Shown in pieces: positions 1-11,213 of a DNA stretch of 64,000 bases. Origin of the DNA: Candidatus Binatia bacterium (GTDB lineage: Bacteria; Desulfobacterota; Binatia; UBA9968; CAXXLF01); NCBI GenBank assembly GCA_963664015.2, contig CAXXLF010000002.1:2183816-2247815 (forward strand), written 5' to 3'. The first letter of the stretch is position 1. Every line of letters begins with the position of its first letter. The position numbers were made by a program, and so were the translations under genes. Under the pieces are notes generated by a model. It was not told the origin of the DNA, made no database searches, and saw only the letters and a program-made list of their open reading frames with translations.

Positions 1-98
1 GGCCCGATGGTGACCTTTTCCTCGCCGCCCGAGGCTTCGGTGCAGAGGAGTATTCCCAAGACTGACGCGAGGATGAACCTTGAAATATTTGTCTTCAT
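1..98 (-). CDS. 5' part of a secreted protein, possibly RimK-associated 'ATP-dependent zinc protease' (RimB-like) family; runs off window
   Basis: Manual translation MKTNISRFILASVLGILLCTEASGGEEKVTIG: signal peptide followed by EKVTIG, similar to the N-terminus of this family; only 32 codons visible. Confidence 0.3.
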   Translation of the reverse strand, partial: MKTNISRFILASVLGILLCTEASGGEEKVTIG

Positions 99-124
99 GG
101 GACAACCCCCATAATAGCATTGTT

Positions 125-802
125 TTAGGCAGGAAGTCGCAGGGCCTGGCCCAGGATTCCGGAGGAAACGATGTACTTGAAGGCCTCCTCAACGTCGTAA
201 TCCAATTCCACAACGTCTTTGGGGGAAACCAAAACGAGAAACCCGGAAGTAGGATTGGGAGTAGTCGGAATGAATACGGAATACATCTTTTTGGCCGTAG
301 AGAGTTGCAAACTATCGGTTCGCTCAACCGCCACGAGCCCCATCATCCAGTTCCCTTTATATGGGAATTCGATCAGAACGACCTTTTGAAAACTCTGGTT
401 CGGGCCGTGGAACGTTTTCACCACTTGCTTAGCGGCTCCGTAGATGCTGCTTACTAGAGGCAGGCGCATGACCAGCTGATTGAATTTAGCCAGGAGCTTT
501 CGTCCGAATATATTGGTGCCGATTAGCCCCAGGTTCAGGATTATCAGGAGGGAGAGTAAGAAATTGAAAAAGGGGACGAAAGACCCGACCCAACCGACAC
601 GCTCGAAACCGATAACCCTAGAAATTCCTATGAGGATAGGCGCTCCGACCCCGCTTAGCAGGTCGATCAGGAAGGTAACCAGTATGTACGTGACGAAAAG
701 GGGGATCAGGATCATCAGTCCGGTCAGGAAGGTGTTGCGAAAAAAAATGGCTCCTACCCCTCTTCTTGGCCATAGCTGGAAATCTCCGAAGTCTCTAGTC
801 AA
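125..802 (-). CDS. DUF502 domain membrane protein
   Basis: FLTGLMILIPLFVT N-terminal TM, RLPLVSSIYGAAKQ, VFIPTTPNPTSGFL hallmark motifs. Confidence 0.9.
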   Translation of the reverse strand: MTRDFGDFQLWPRRGVGAIFFRNTFLTGLMILIPLFVTYILVTFLIDLLSGVGAPILIGISRVIGFERVGWVGSFVPFFNFLLSLLIILNLGLIGTNIFGRKLLAKFNQLVMRLPLVSSIYGAAKQVVKTFHGPNQSFQKVVLIEFPYKGNWMMGLVAVERTDSLQLSTAKKMYSVFIPTTPNPTSGFLVLVSPKDVVELDYDVEEAFKYIVSSGILGQALRLPA

Positions 803-980
803 ATCTTACGTCAACACTTGAAACTTGGCAAGAAAAAGTATTGTTACATTGCGACGGAGCGTAATTCGATTTAGAATCTAACTATTAGCGATAAGGACAC
901 TATCGCAACGGGTTGAGACTCGAGTTCCATTTTAAGCAAGCAGCGGGAACATGAACCTGCATTGAAAGAAGGGAGTTCAC

Positions 981-2396
981 TTGCGCCGAACCAAGATTAT
1001 ATGCACGATGGGTCCCTCCATTGAGTCCACAGAGCGGCTGCGTGAGGTTATACGGGCCGGTGCCGATGTATTCAGGCTCAATTATTCTCACGAATCGCCG
1101 GAAAAGCACGCGACCGCAGCCCGTAACATTCGCGCTGTAGCCACCGAGTTCGGAAGACCAGTGGCGATCCTGCAGGACCTGCCGGGACCCAAAATCCGAT
1201 TGGGCAATTTTGTCGGAGGTAGGGTCACCCTGCATCCCGGTGATTTGTTTACACTCACGACCAAAAGCATTCAGGGAAATCAGGAGCGAGCATCGGTCAA
1301 TTATCCAAAGCTCGCCGAGGAATTGGAAGCGGGGCAAACCCTTCTCCTTGCCGATGGTAGTGTCGAGCTCAAAATCGAATCGGTTTCAAAACAAGAGCTT
1401 CACTGTCGTGTCCTCACAGGCGGCATCCTCAGCAGCCGCAAAGGGGTGAACGTGCCGCGGGGGGCTCTGACCGTGGGAGCTTTCACTAAACAGGATAGAC
1501 AGCACCTGTTGGCGGGTTTGGATGTGGGTGTCGATATCACAGCCCTTTCCTTTGTTCGTTCCCCGGCGGATGTCCAATCGGCCCGTAAATTTCTTAAAAA
1601 ACACAACGCGGGCCATCCCCTCATGGCGAAGATTGAAAAGCCGGAGGCCGTGGATGTCCTCGATGAAATCATTGCCGAGGTCGATGCCCTGATGGTGGCT
1701 CGGGGCGATCTGGGTGTGGAGATCCCTGTGGCTGACGTGCCATTGGTCCAGAAAGAGATTATCGCCAAGTCTATTGAGGCGGCTAAACCGGTGGTGACCG
1801 CAACCCAGATGCTGCGCTCTATGGTGGAGAACCCGAGGCCGACCCGTGCCGAGGCCGCCGATGTTGCCAACGCCGTCTTCGACGGAACTGACGCATTGAT
1901 GCTTTCAGAGGAGACCGCTGTGGGTGCCTATCCGGTGGAGGCAGTTCGGACCATGGCTCAAATCGCCGAGAGGGTCGAACAGCATCTCTTCATCCAGCGC
2001 CCCTTTACCAGTCTCCCGCCGCCGAAGCCGGGAAACCTATCGGAGGCGGTCGGCCATGCCGCGTGCCTGCTTGCCTACAGCTCGGGAGCTCAGGCCATCA
2101 TCTGCTGTACCCGGGAGGGGCGGAGTGCTCGGTTGGTTGCCAAACACCGTCCTACGATTCCTATTATTGCGGTTAGTCCAAACGAGGAGACCGTACACGT
2201 TTTGATGCTAACGTGGGGAGTTTATCCCATCCAATCTCCCGAGTTCAAGTCTTTGGAGGCCATGATCAAGTCTGGTTTGGAGCTGGCTCGCTCGGCGGGT
2301 CTCGTTTCAGCGGGAAGGCCCGTGGTCGTGGTCGGGAGTACCATGTCCGACCGGCCCCGACACATGGACTTCCTGCGTGTTACCTTCCTCCCTTAA
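981..2396 (+). CDS. pyk: Pyruvate kinase
   Basis: RRTKIICTMGP, RLNYSH, DLPGPKIR, KIEKPEA, MVARGDLGVE, ATQML, DGTDALMLSEETA. Confidence 0.97.
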   Translation: MRRTKIICTMGPSIESTERLREVIRAGADVFRLNYSHESPEKHATAARNIRAVATEFGRPVAILQDLPGPKIRLGNFVGGRVTLHPGDLFTLTTKSIQGNQERASVNYPKLAEELEAGQTLLLADGSVELKIESVSKQELHCRVLTGGILSSRKGVNVPRGALTVGAFTKQDRQHLLAGLDVGVDITALSFVRSPADVQSARKFLKKHNAGHPLMAKIEKPEAVDVLDEIIAEVDALMVARGDLGVEIPVADVPLVQKEIIAKSIEAAKPVVTATQMLRSMVENPRPTRAEAADVANAVFDGTDALMLSEETAVGAYPVEAVRTMAQIAERVEQHLFIQRPFTSLPPPKPGNLSEAVGHAACLLAYSSGAQAIICCTREGRSARLVAKHRPTIPIIAVSPNEETVHVLMLTWGVYPIQSPEFKSLEAMIKSGLELARSAGLVSAGRPVVVVGSTMSDRPRHMDFLRVTFLP

Positions 2397-2489
2397 CCGA
2401 TGCCAAACGCCACTGGGGTTCCAACCGAAAGTTCATCCACTGGAACCGGCAAAGGGCCAGTACTCTTTTGTCGCTTGGCATGATCTCGA

Positions 2490-5078
2490 GTGCATAGTAT
2501 AGGTTCCCACATCACGAGAGCGGCAACGGGGGCATCCTTGCAAGAAAGCACGAAACCTTCTGGGGGTTCCCTGGGAACCTTTGCGGGCGTCTTCACCCCG
2601 AGCATCCTGACGATCCTGGGGATTATTCTCTTCAGGCGACTGGGATACGTGGTGGGCAGTGTGGGCCTGTTCCAGACGTTGCTGATCATCACTTTATCCA
2701 GTGTCATCTCGATTCTCACGAGCGTTTCACTCTCTGCTATAGCGACGAACCTTAAGGTTCGGGGTGGGGGGTCTTACTATCTAATCTCCCGTACACTTGG
2801 GGCCGAATTTGGCGGCGCCATTGGCATTGTCCTTTTTTTGGCCCAGTCTGTCTCAATTGCCTTCTACTGCATCGGTTTCGCCGAGACGGTCAGCGGGCTT
2901 TGGACGGAAACCCATAGTCCGGTCTTGACTCAGTTGATTGCGGTTGGAGCAGTCTTTTTTCTGCTTGTTTTTGCCTGGTTGGGTACCGATTGGGCGACCC
3001 GGCTTCAGTTCGTCGTTATGACGATCCTAGCGGCGGCTCTGCTCTCATTTTTCGCTGGGGGGTATATCGCCCACGAGCCTATGCTGCTCAAACAGAACTG
3101 GCCCCCACCGGCGGCGGTCGCTGACTTCTGGGTCCTTTTTGCCATCTTTTTCCCGGCGGTGACCGGTTTTACCCAAGGGGTCAGTATGTCCGGTGACTTG
3201 AAAGATCCCGGGCGAAGCATCCAGGTGGGGACGTTTACCGCTGTGGGAATTTCCATCGCCATCTATCTTGGTGCGGCCCTTGTCCTAGCTGCGACCCTAC
3301 CCGCTGATGTCCTGACCGGGGATTACGGAGCTATGAGGCAAGTTTCCGTTATTGGCTGGCTCGTTGAAGCCGGTGTGATTGCGGCAACCCTGTCGTCGGC
3401 CATGGCCTTTTTTCTAGGCGCGCCTCGTATCCTCCAGTCCATTGCGCGGGACCGTATCTTTCCCATCCTTCTGCCCCTCGCTCAGGGAGCGGGGCCCACG
3501 GATAACCCCCGGCGCGCGGTCTTGCTCGCTGCCACAATTGCCCTCGTAACGATCGGGCTGGGGCAACTCAACCTCATCGCGCTTGTCGTGTCAATGTTTT
3601 TTCTGACCTCCTACGGTCTGCTCAATTACGCAACTTATTATGAGGCGAGAGCGGCGAGCCCATGGTTCCGACCGCGCTTTCGTCTGTTTAACAAACATCT
3701 CAGCTTGCTCGGAGCGATCGTCTGTATATTCGCCATGTTCGCCATCGACCCCTGGTCCAGTGCCATTGCACTGGCGATCCTTTTTGCCGTCCATCAATAC
3801 CTTAGACGCACGGCGGGACCGGCGCGCTGGGCCGACAGTCGCCGCTCTTATCATATGCAGCTAATTCGGGAAAATCTCCTGGCAATCAGTGACGAGCCGG
3901 AACACCCAAGGGACTGGCGCCCCTGCATCCTGGCCTTCTGTGATGATCGGTCGGGGCGGGCCCGGCTTCTTTCATTTGCTTCCTGGATTGAAGGTGGCAG
4001 CGGCTTCACGACCGCTGTCCAGGTCGTTGCGGGGGAAGGACAGAAAGGCCTTCAGTTACGGGATAAAACTGAAAGGGAGCTGCTGGACACCATTGAAAAA
4101 GACCGGTTGGGTGTCTTTGCCCGCGTGCTAGTTGCCCCGGAATTCGGTGGCGGGGTTGAGAGTCTGCTTCAATCCTTCGGCATCGGAGTGATCCGAGCCA
4201 ATATGGTTCTTCTGAACAGTGTCGAACAAATCAGGGGAGCCGAGGATAATCAAGGACAGGTCCGTTATGGTCTCCAGCTCCAGGAGGCCCTTCGCCTCGG
4301 TTGCAATGTCGTGGTCCTGGATGCTCGTAACGATGAGTGGGCGCGCCTCGAAAGCTTGGAGTCCTGGGAACGGCGGATCGATGTGTGGTGGTGGGGTGAT
4401 AAGACGAGCCAACTCATGCTCCTTCTGGCCTATCTGATGACTCGAACCGATTCGTGGAGTGGGGCTAAGATTCGCGTGCTCGCTCCGACATCGGAAGAGG
4501 GACGAGAGAAGACCCTTGAGAAAATCCAGGAAACGCTTGAGGATGTACGTATTGCCGCGGAGCTAGAGGAGGTTCTGAACGTCGATCCGGATGTGGTTGT
4601 CGAAAATTCCAGCTCTGCCGCCATGGTATTTTTGCCCCTTCACTTCAGGGAGTCCCAGCTTTTTCATCCCAGCAAGGTCAAGCTGGATGCGCTGCTCGGC
4701 CGGTTGCCTGTGGTTGCATTGGTACTTGCGGGGCGGGATATCGACATCGGGTCCGAACCCGACGAGGGAGAAGTGGCAGAGCGCACGGCGGCCGTCGACA
4801 CCGTAAAAGATACGGAAATGGAGACGCGGGCGGCAGAGGAAGAGGCGGCCAAACTCGCCGAAGCGGTCAAGCACAGGTCAATGAAATTAAAGGAAGCGGA
4901 AGGGTCCAGCAGTGAGGAAAAAATCAACAAAGCGCGCTCGGCCCTGCGGGATGCGGAAAAACTCGCGGCCGAGGCCCGGAAAAAGCTGCAAGAAGCCCGG
5001 GCAAAGGCCCAAGAGGCTCTCCGCGTGGCAAAAACCCTAGGGATTAAGCCTGAGGCACCTCAAGACGAAAAACCATAG
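2490..5078 (+). CDS. Cation-chloride cotransporter (SLC12-like amino acid permease) with C-terminal Ala/Glu/Lys-rich coiled coil
   Basis: LGTFAGVFTPSILTILGIILF, SLSAIATN, GGGSYYLISRTLGAEFGGAIG, FFPAVTG, DWRP, IDVWW motifs. Confidence 0.9.
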   Translation: MHSIGSHITRAATGASLQESTKPSGGSLGTFAGVFTPSILTILGIILFRRLGYVVGSVGLFQTLLIITLSSVISILTSVSLSAIATNLKVRGGGSYYLISRTLGAEFGGAIGIVLFLAQSVSIAFYCIGFAETVSGLWTETHSPVLTQLIAVGAVFFLLVFAWLGTDWATRLQFVVMTILAAALLSFFAGGYIAHEPMLLKQNWPPPAAVADFWVLFAIFFPAVTGFTQGVSMSGDLKDPGRSIQVGTFTAVGISIAIYLGAALVLAATLPADVLTGDYGAMRQVSVIGWLVEAGVIAATLSSAMAFFLGAPRILQSIARDRIFPILLPLAQGAGPTDNPRRAVLLAATIALVTIGLGQLNLIALVVSMFFLTSYGLLNYATYYEARAASPWFRPRFRLFNKHLSLLGAIVCIFAMFAIDPWSSAIALAILFAVHQYLRRTAGPARWADSRRSYHMQLIRENLLAISDEPEHPRDWRPCILAFCDDRSGRARLLSFASWIEGGSGFTTAVQVVAGEGQKGLQLRDKTERELLDTIEKDRLGVFARVLVAPEFGGGVESLLQSFGIGVIRANMVLLNSVEQIRGAEDNQGQVRYGLQLQEALRLGCNVVVLDARNDEWARLESLESWERRIDVWWWGDKTSQLMLLLAYLMTRTDSWSGAKIRVLAPTSEEGREKTLEKIQETLEDVRIAAELEEVLNVDPDVVVENSSSAAMVFLPLHFRESQLFHPSKVKLDALLGRLPVVALVLAGRDIDIGSEPDEGEVAERTAAVDTVKDTEMETRAAEEEAAKLAEAVKHRSMKLKEAEGSSSEEKINKARSALRDAEKLAAEARKKLQEARAKAQEALRVAKTLGIKPEAPQDEKP

Positions 5079-5133
5079 CTCGGGAAATTCCAGCTTATAT
5101 ATCAATCATTTATCTTTTGATGCCTTTGTCGAT

Positions 5134-6420
5134 TCAAGTGCCTTCCGGTTTTCTATCGATTCGCACGAGGCGGATACTGAAGCGTTCCATCTGCTCGACC
5201 GTCAGATTGTATTCATTGACTTGGATGGTTTCCCCCGGCTTAGGAATGCGCTCGAATTGTACGATCAACAAAAGACCGAGGGTTTTTCTTTTATCTTCTT
5301 CTTTCTCTCCATCGCCCGGCCGTCCCAGCCAAACCCCGGCGGCTTCCTCCAGGGAGTGCAAAGGAACGCTTCCGCTGGCACTCCACGACTTTGGGCCACG
5401 CTTGACGATTTCCCGCGTCTCGTCATAGTCGGTTTCGTCGCGAATCTCGCCCATAATTTCTTCGAGTAAATCTTCCATCGTGAGCAACCCCACCACCGTA
5501 CCGTGCTCATCGACGACCAACCCAAGGTGAGTCTGTTTCCACCGAAACTCATAATAAAGCTTTTTAACCGGCTGGGTGATGGGAACCACGACAATCGGTT
5601 GGAGTTTTAATTGGTGCAGCTTTTTATTGTTTTGGTCACCTTCCAAAGACCATTTAGCAATTTCCCTCAGAGTTGCCAGTCCCACCGGGTTGTCGATCTC
5701 GCCGTGGTAAACGGGGTGACGAGAGTGCAAGCCTTCTTTAATCATTAGTTCCAAGGTCTCTCTGACGGTTTTTTCGTCGTCCACCGCACAGATCTTTGAC
5801 CGCGGAGTCATGACTTCTTCCACCAGCGTGTTGCTGAATCGGATCATCTTATCAATGAGCTCCGTCTCCGAAGCTCCAATGGCCCCCTCCCTGGTGCTCA
5901 AATCGACCATGGCCCGCAACTCTTCCTCGGATCTCCCTTTCTCTTCTTTGGATTCCAATCCAAAGATTTTGTGAATTGTCCAAATGAGCAATTCCAAAAG
6001 CCAAGTCAAAGGCAGGAGCACCTTTTGAAGTGTGATCAAGGGGTAGCCGGAAAGCAGAGCGATGGATTCGGCATACCTGTGGGAAAAGGTCTTTGGAATG
6101 ATCTCGCCGAAGATCAAGATGGCCAGCGTCAACAGTCCGGTTACATAGGCGATGATTAGGTTCCCGAAAATTTCCGTTGCTACCACGGTAGCGAAAACCG
6201 AGGCCCGATATTCACCACGTTATTGCCGATCAAAATAGTGATCAATAATCGTTGGGGGTTCTCCTTGAGCCGATCTACGGTACCTGAGCCTTTTCTTCTG
6301 TTCTTGACCAGGGATCGGACTTGTACGGGGTGGAGGGAGATCAATGCGGTTTCCGCCCCGGAAAAAACCGGAAAGTAAAAGCAGTAGGGGCAGGATAAAG
6401 AGATCCGTCAGATTTTCCAT
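5134..6420 (-). pseudogene. HlyC/CorC (CNNM + CBS + CorC) transporter, frameshifted near 6360 and ~6200
   Basis: N-terminus MENLTDLFILPLLLLLSGFF from 6420 in another frame; main ORF has GEIIPK, VMTPR, HSRHPVY, VVDEHG..GLLTMEDLLEEIMGEI. Confidence 0.85.
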
Positions 6421-6703
6421 GTTAAGCGTACTTGAATATCCACGTTTGCACTGGAATAGGGCATGGGCTCCTCTTGAAAGTATGGTATTTCCCAACCCGT
6501 TTGGCAATGTGTTTTTATAAGAAGAGCTCTTCGCAAGCCCTGGAGGAGGGGCGGGGCGTGGTCCAGGTAATGCGAGCCGATACGTTTTGGGTGGGGTTCT
6601 ATCCCATTGCAAATCCTAAATATGCAGGGTATTTTCAGTCGTCGGTGGTAACATACCAATCGAATCCAAAGATGGTTTTGAGTGATCAACGACTGGGGAG
6701 TTT

Positions 6704-7502
6704 ATGAAGCGTATCTTTCTCTTTCTTGCAACGAACATTGCGGTCCTAATTGTACTTAGCATCGTCCTGAGCCTACTTGGTGTTGAGAGTATCCTGGACG
6801 AACAAGGAGTGGATCTTGACCTGACCAGCTTACTGATTTTCTCTTTGATCTTCGGGATGGGGGCTCCTTTATCTCGTTGGCGATCTACAAATGGACCGCC
6901 AAGCGGTTTACCGGTGCGCAGGTGATCGAGCAGCCTTCCAACGATGCCGAAAGGTGGCTTGTCGAGACGGTTCGCCAGCAGGCCAAGGCCGCCGACATCG
7001 GTATGCCGGAAGTAGCGGTCTTTGACTCACCGGACATGAACGCATTCGCCACGGGGGCGCGTCGCAACAAGGCGCTTGTAGCAGTGAGCTCGGGGCTCCT
7101 GCCGAACATGGGGCGCGGGGAGGTGGAGGCGGTTCTGGGGCACGAAGTTAGCCACGTCGCTAACGGCGACATGATTACCTTGGCTCTCATCCAGGGCGTC
7201 GTCAACACGTTCGTTATATTTCTCACACGAGTAATCGGGCATATAGTCGACAGAGTCGTTTTTAAAACCGAACGTGGCCACGGGCCGGCATTTTGGATTA
7301 CGTCTATGGTGGCCCAGCTGGTGCTGGGAGTCCTGGCGAGCGTGATCGTCTTTTGGTTCTCGCGACGGCGCGAGTTCCGTGCGTATATCGGTGGCGTGCG
7401 CCCTTGGCATTTCCGGCAAAGTACGCCGCGGGGTGATGAGGCTTTTTATGACGCACCCCCCCCCTGGATGAGCGCATCGCGGCTCTGAAATCCCAGGCAT
7501 AA
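6704..7502 (+). pseudogene. htpX: Protease HtpX, frameshifted and with apparent internal deletion near the C-terminus
   Basis: MKRIFLFLATNIAV start, NAFATGA, HEVSH (HExxH), [27 protein letters not shown]; terminal [12 protein letters not shown] in shifted frame; shift in G-run at ~6857. Confidence 0.9.
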
Positions 7503-7760
7503 CACTCAGGCACAATACTTGGATCGCTGGCTTATTAGTTTCGAAGTCAGGCCCGCGTCTTCACAGGTGACAGATATCAAGTGCGCGTCCTGATACACTT
7601 GCGCCTGGGGTCGCCAAGCTGCTCTGTGACGAAATATTTTTTCGAATGGGTCTTCCTTGAACGGAGGCCAATGGCAATCGGTCCAGGAGCCTTTTGGTGG
7701 AGTCGATAAAGGAATCGAAAAGGACCGTTTAAGAGGTACGCAAACTAGGAGGATTAAATC

Positions 7761-8711
7761 ATGTTTGGAATATCGATGTCGGAGATCATACCGACGCTTT
7801 TGGATAACGCATTGATACTTGGGTATAGGATTCTCAGTGTCGCGATGACCGTTGTCGTGGGTTTGATTGTGCTGCATTCTCTGCGCGTGGCTATTGGCCA
7901 TCTGGAGACTATGCTCATCCGTTCAGGGGAGAAAAAGGAAGACGTCCCCGGATCTAGCCGAAAACGGATGACGACCCTGACCGGTGTGCTGCAAACCATC
8001 TCCGTGGGAGTCGTGTGGAGCGTTGTGATTGTAATTTCCTTGGCTCAGCTAGGTCTCAACATCGGACCGATTCTAGCAGGCGCTGGAATCATTGGCTTGG
8101 CCGTTGGTTTCGGAGCCCAGAACCTTGTCCGGGACGTGATCAGCGGTTTTTTTATTATCCTGGAAAATCAGATTCGAATTGGGGATGTAGCGATCATTAA
8201 TGGTACCGGAGGCCTGGTCGAGGCCGTTAGCTTCAGGACCGTGGTTCTGCGTGACCTTTCAGCGACCGTGCATGTTTTCCCCAATGGGACCATCAACACC
8301 CTGGCGAATATGACCATGGGGTGGTCGGCTTACGTTATCGATATGGGAGTAGCCTACAAAGAAGACACGGATCGGGTGGTGGGGGTGATGCAGCAGGTCG
8401 ACGAAGAGATGAGAGCGGACCCCAAGTACGGACCCTCCATGCTGGAGCCTATCGAGATCATGGGTGTCGATAAATTCGCTGACTCTGCCGTGGTGATCAA
8501 GGTCCGGCTCAAGACCCGACCGATTCGCCAATGGTTCGTGGGCCGTGAGTATAATCGGAGAATCAAAATGGCCTTCGACGCTGCCGGGATTGAGATACCG
8601 TTCCCGCACCGGACCCTATACATGGGCGAGGCGAGTCAGCCGTTCGACGTGCTGCTTAATGAAGCAACCAAAGAATCGCTGAGGCCGGAAGGTGACAGGG
8701 AAAGGATATAA
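7761..8711 (+). CDS. MscS-family mechanosensitive channel (YbiO-like)
   Basis: LAGAGIIGLAVGFGAQNLVRDVISGFFI.LENQIRIGD, PNG.I, GIEIPFP. Confidence 0.93.
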   Translation: MFGISMSEIIPTLLDNALILGYRILSVAMTVVVGLIVLHSLRVAIGHLETMLIRSGEKKEDVPGSSRKRMTTLTGVLQTISVGVVWSVVIVISLAQLGLNIGPILAGAGIIGLAVGFGAQNLVRDVISGFFIILENQIRIGDVAIINGTGGLVEAVSFRTVVLRDLSATVHVFPNGTINTLANMTMGWSAYVIDMGVAYKEDTDRVVGVMQQVDEEMRADPKYGPSMLEPIEIMGVDKFADSAVVIKVRLKTRPIRQWFVGREYNRRIKMAFDAAGIEIPFPHRTLYMGEASQPFDVLLNEATKESLRPEGDRERI

Positions 8712-8784
8712 GGACAGTACGGTACGAGTCATCTTGACTTAAATCGGGCAGGTGAAATCGCTCACGGATGCTAGGGCATTCTTT

Positions 8785-9270
8785 TCATTTATGTATTGAT
8801 TGTTTGATAATTCCAACCAGCACCGCTGGTTCTTGACCAACATCTACCACAAGGACGCCTCCGGGCTCTTCCAGGGTATCAAACTGACTTTTGAGGAGGC
8901 CCGCTTTCATGTAATGGCCGCTCCGTTCTTTGAGCCTCTGCTCGATGAGGTCATAATTCCCCTTGAGGTAAATGAAATAAATGTCCTCGACGCCCTTCTC
9001 CAATTCGTCTCGATAGGTTTGCTTGAGAGCCGAGCATGCGATGGCCGCATCCTGTGACTGGCTAACGAGGCTGTTGATGAGCCCCCGTAGCGAATGAAGC
9101 CACTGCTCCCTGTCGCCGTCGGTTAAAGGAATTCCCTTTTCCATCTTTTCAATGTTGGCTTTGGGATGAAACTCGTCTCCTTCGTGAAAAGACCAGCCCA
9201 ACTCATTCGCGAGCAATTTCCCAATGGTGGTCTTGCCGGCTCCCGAGACACCCATAAGGATGATGATCAT
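8785..9270 (-). CDS. gntK: Gluconokinase (GntK/IdnK)
   Basis: MGVSGAGKTTIG, EGDEFHPKANIEKM, ACSALKQTYR, LLKSQFDTLEEP. Confidence 0.95.
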   Translation of the reverse strand: MIIILMGVSGAGKTTIGKLLANELGWSFHEGDEFHPKANIEKMEKGIPLTDGDREQWLHSLRGLINSLVSQSQDAAIACSALKQTYRDELEKGVEDIYFIYLKGNYDLIEQRLKERSGHYMKAGLLKSQFDTLEEPGGVLVVDVGQEPAVLVGIIKQSIHK

Positions 9271-9312
9271 ACTTTACCTCACCGCTTGCCGTAAGAACTG
9301 GAAACTTCGCCG

Positions 9313-9956
9313 TTACAGCGGTCTCACGATGGCCCGGGCGGGGGCACCGTCGGCTCCTTCGAGTCGTAGGGGAAGACAAATGAGTTCGTAGGCACCGGGC
9401 GCCACGTGGCCAGATTCAGCCCCTCGATAATCCATATGCCGGCTTTGAGAAGAGCGAGATGGATCTTTATTCCATTACTCATCCCTCCCACCGAGAGGTA
9501 ATCGATACCCACCGTTCGGATGCGGCGCTCAGCGAGAAACTCGGCGGCCTGCTTGGGAATGGAAACAAAGTTTTCAACGAAACAATCCGTTTCCCAGCAG
9601 CGGTGAGAGTTTCTTGTCTTGAAGAGGACCCTCTCACCGCTTTGGATATTGTGGGGTTCTAGCTCCGATGGCTTGATCGATTCGGGGTCCCGGATCTCGA
9701 TAACCCGAGCCATCCCGATAGTAGCCTCTATGGGCATCGTGTTGACGCCCTTCTCGCTGCGGATAAAGTGCACAGGCGCGTCCATGTGGGTCCCCGTATG
9801 AGCGCCCATGGATATCCTCGACACAGTGACTCGGTTACCTTGTTCCATATCCGATACACACTCAATGCGGATGGGAGGATCGTCCGGCCAGTGCACCATG
9901 CTGTTTCTCACGGGAACCGATATGTCAATCCAACCGGAAGTTTTAGCTTTAGCCAT
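9313..9956 (-). pseudogene. Cyclase family protein (kynurenine formamidase-like), frameshift near 9410
   Basis: HTGTHMDAPVHF, GIDYLSV, IIEGLNL; canonical tail VAPGAYELICLPLRLEGADGAPARA lies in a different frame ending at 9313. Confidence 0.85.
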
Positions 9957-10109
9957 AGTTTTTCTTCTGGAAACCTTTAGATTACCCGGAACCACTAAAC
10001 CGGCCTGTCACTGTACGCGAGGGATTGACGGAATTTGCATTGTGGTCCCGCCCATCATTCCGCCTTGTGCCAAGGCAAGGTAACCGTCCTCTAAGAAGAA
10101 TCGGAAAAA

Positions 10110-11090
10110 TTAAAGTCGTTGTGCGAAGTGAGCGGCTCCCAGTAGCGCGGTTTGAGGATTCAAAGAGACCTTGATCTCCATGCTTTTCACAAGCGGAGAA
10201 AATCGTCCCTTGTCGCCGAAACTCTGTAAGAATCCACCACGCTCAAGGGCAGGGAGGATCTTTGGTGCAATACCGCCTCCCACGTAGACTCCACCGACCG
10301 CCAGACACTTGAGAGCCAGGTTCCCCGCCTCGGCACCGTAAATCGAAGAAAATAGATCCAGGGTCTTTGTGCAGAGGGGCTCCTCTCCTGCGATCCCCAG
10401 TTGGCCAATCGTGGCACTGGGGTCTCCGCTTTCCAGTCTCTCCGCGAGCCAGGGAGGTTCTACACCGTGACCCGCGTCGCGTAAAAAGTGATAGACGTTC
10501 AGTAGCCCAGGCCCCGATAGGATTCTCTCGTAGCTGACACGCCCCTTTAGTTTACTGCGAAGGTAACGCAGCAACTCAATCTCCAGATCCGTACGGGGGG
10601 CGAAGTCCGAATGGCCTCCTTCCGAGGCTGAGGGGTGCACCTGACTCCCGTCCCAGAAAAGCATCGCCTCACCAAGGCCGGTACCGGCGGCAATCACCGC
10701 GACGTTTCCCTTCCGCTCTTGTCCAGCCGGGTTCAATCTCTTGAACTCTTTGGCGTTCAAGAACAGCATGCCATAGGCCGTGGCCTCAAGATCGTTCAAG
10801 AGCTTGACTCGTTTGATTTCTAGGGTCTTTGCCAGGAGCTTTTCATCGAGCTCCCAATGTAGATTGGTCATACGGGCCTGGCCGTCGATGACCGCTCCCG
10901 CCACACCAAAGCAACCGGTGCTCACAGCGGAAGCGCGCTCATCTTTAAGGAAAAGCTTCAGGATCTGCTGAAAGGTCGTGTGCTCTCGGTTGGCAAATGT
11001 CGCATCGCGAGCGCGGGTAAGGGTCTTTCCCTTTTGCTTGAACAGGGCGAGAACGGTCTTGGTCCCGCCTATATCGCCGGCGAGTATCAT
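10110..11090 (-). CDS. glk: Glucokinase (Glk family)
   Basis: MILAGDIGGTKT, LLNDLEA, AGTGLGEA, SEGGHSDFAP, SYERILSGPGL, GGVYVGGGIAPKI. Confidence 0.95.
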   Translation of the reverse strand: MILAGDIGGTKTVLALFKQKGKTLTRARDATFANREHTTFQQILKLFLKDERASAVSTGCFGVAGAVIDGQARMTNLHWELDEKLLAKTLEIKRVKLLNDLEATAYGMLFLNAKEFKRLNPAGQERKGNVAVIAAGTGLGEAMLFWDGSQVHPSASEGGHSDFAPRTDLEIELLRYLRSKLKGRVSYERILSGPGLLNVYHFLRDAGHGVEPPWLAERLESGDPSATIGQLGIAGEEPLCTKTLDLFSSIYGAEAGNLALKCLAVGGVYVGGGIAPKILPALERGGFLQSFGDKGRFSPLVKSMEIKVSLNPQTALLGAAHFAQRL

Positions 11091-11213
11091 GGAAGTGAGA
11101 ATCCCCAATCAGTGTGCCGATATTTCAGGGTTATTTTATAGGCCTCAAGGTGCATAAGAGCCCTCATTATAGTGTCTTTATCTTGAAGGACAAGACTGTC
11201 GATCATGCACATC

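Noticed and set aside
6408-6707. Short ORFs between corC and htpX
   Set aside because: No RBS or motif; more likely a divergent promoter region
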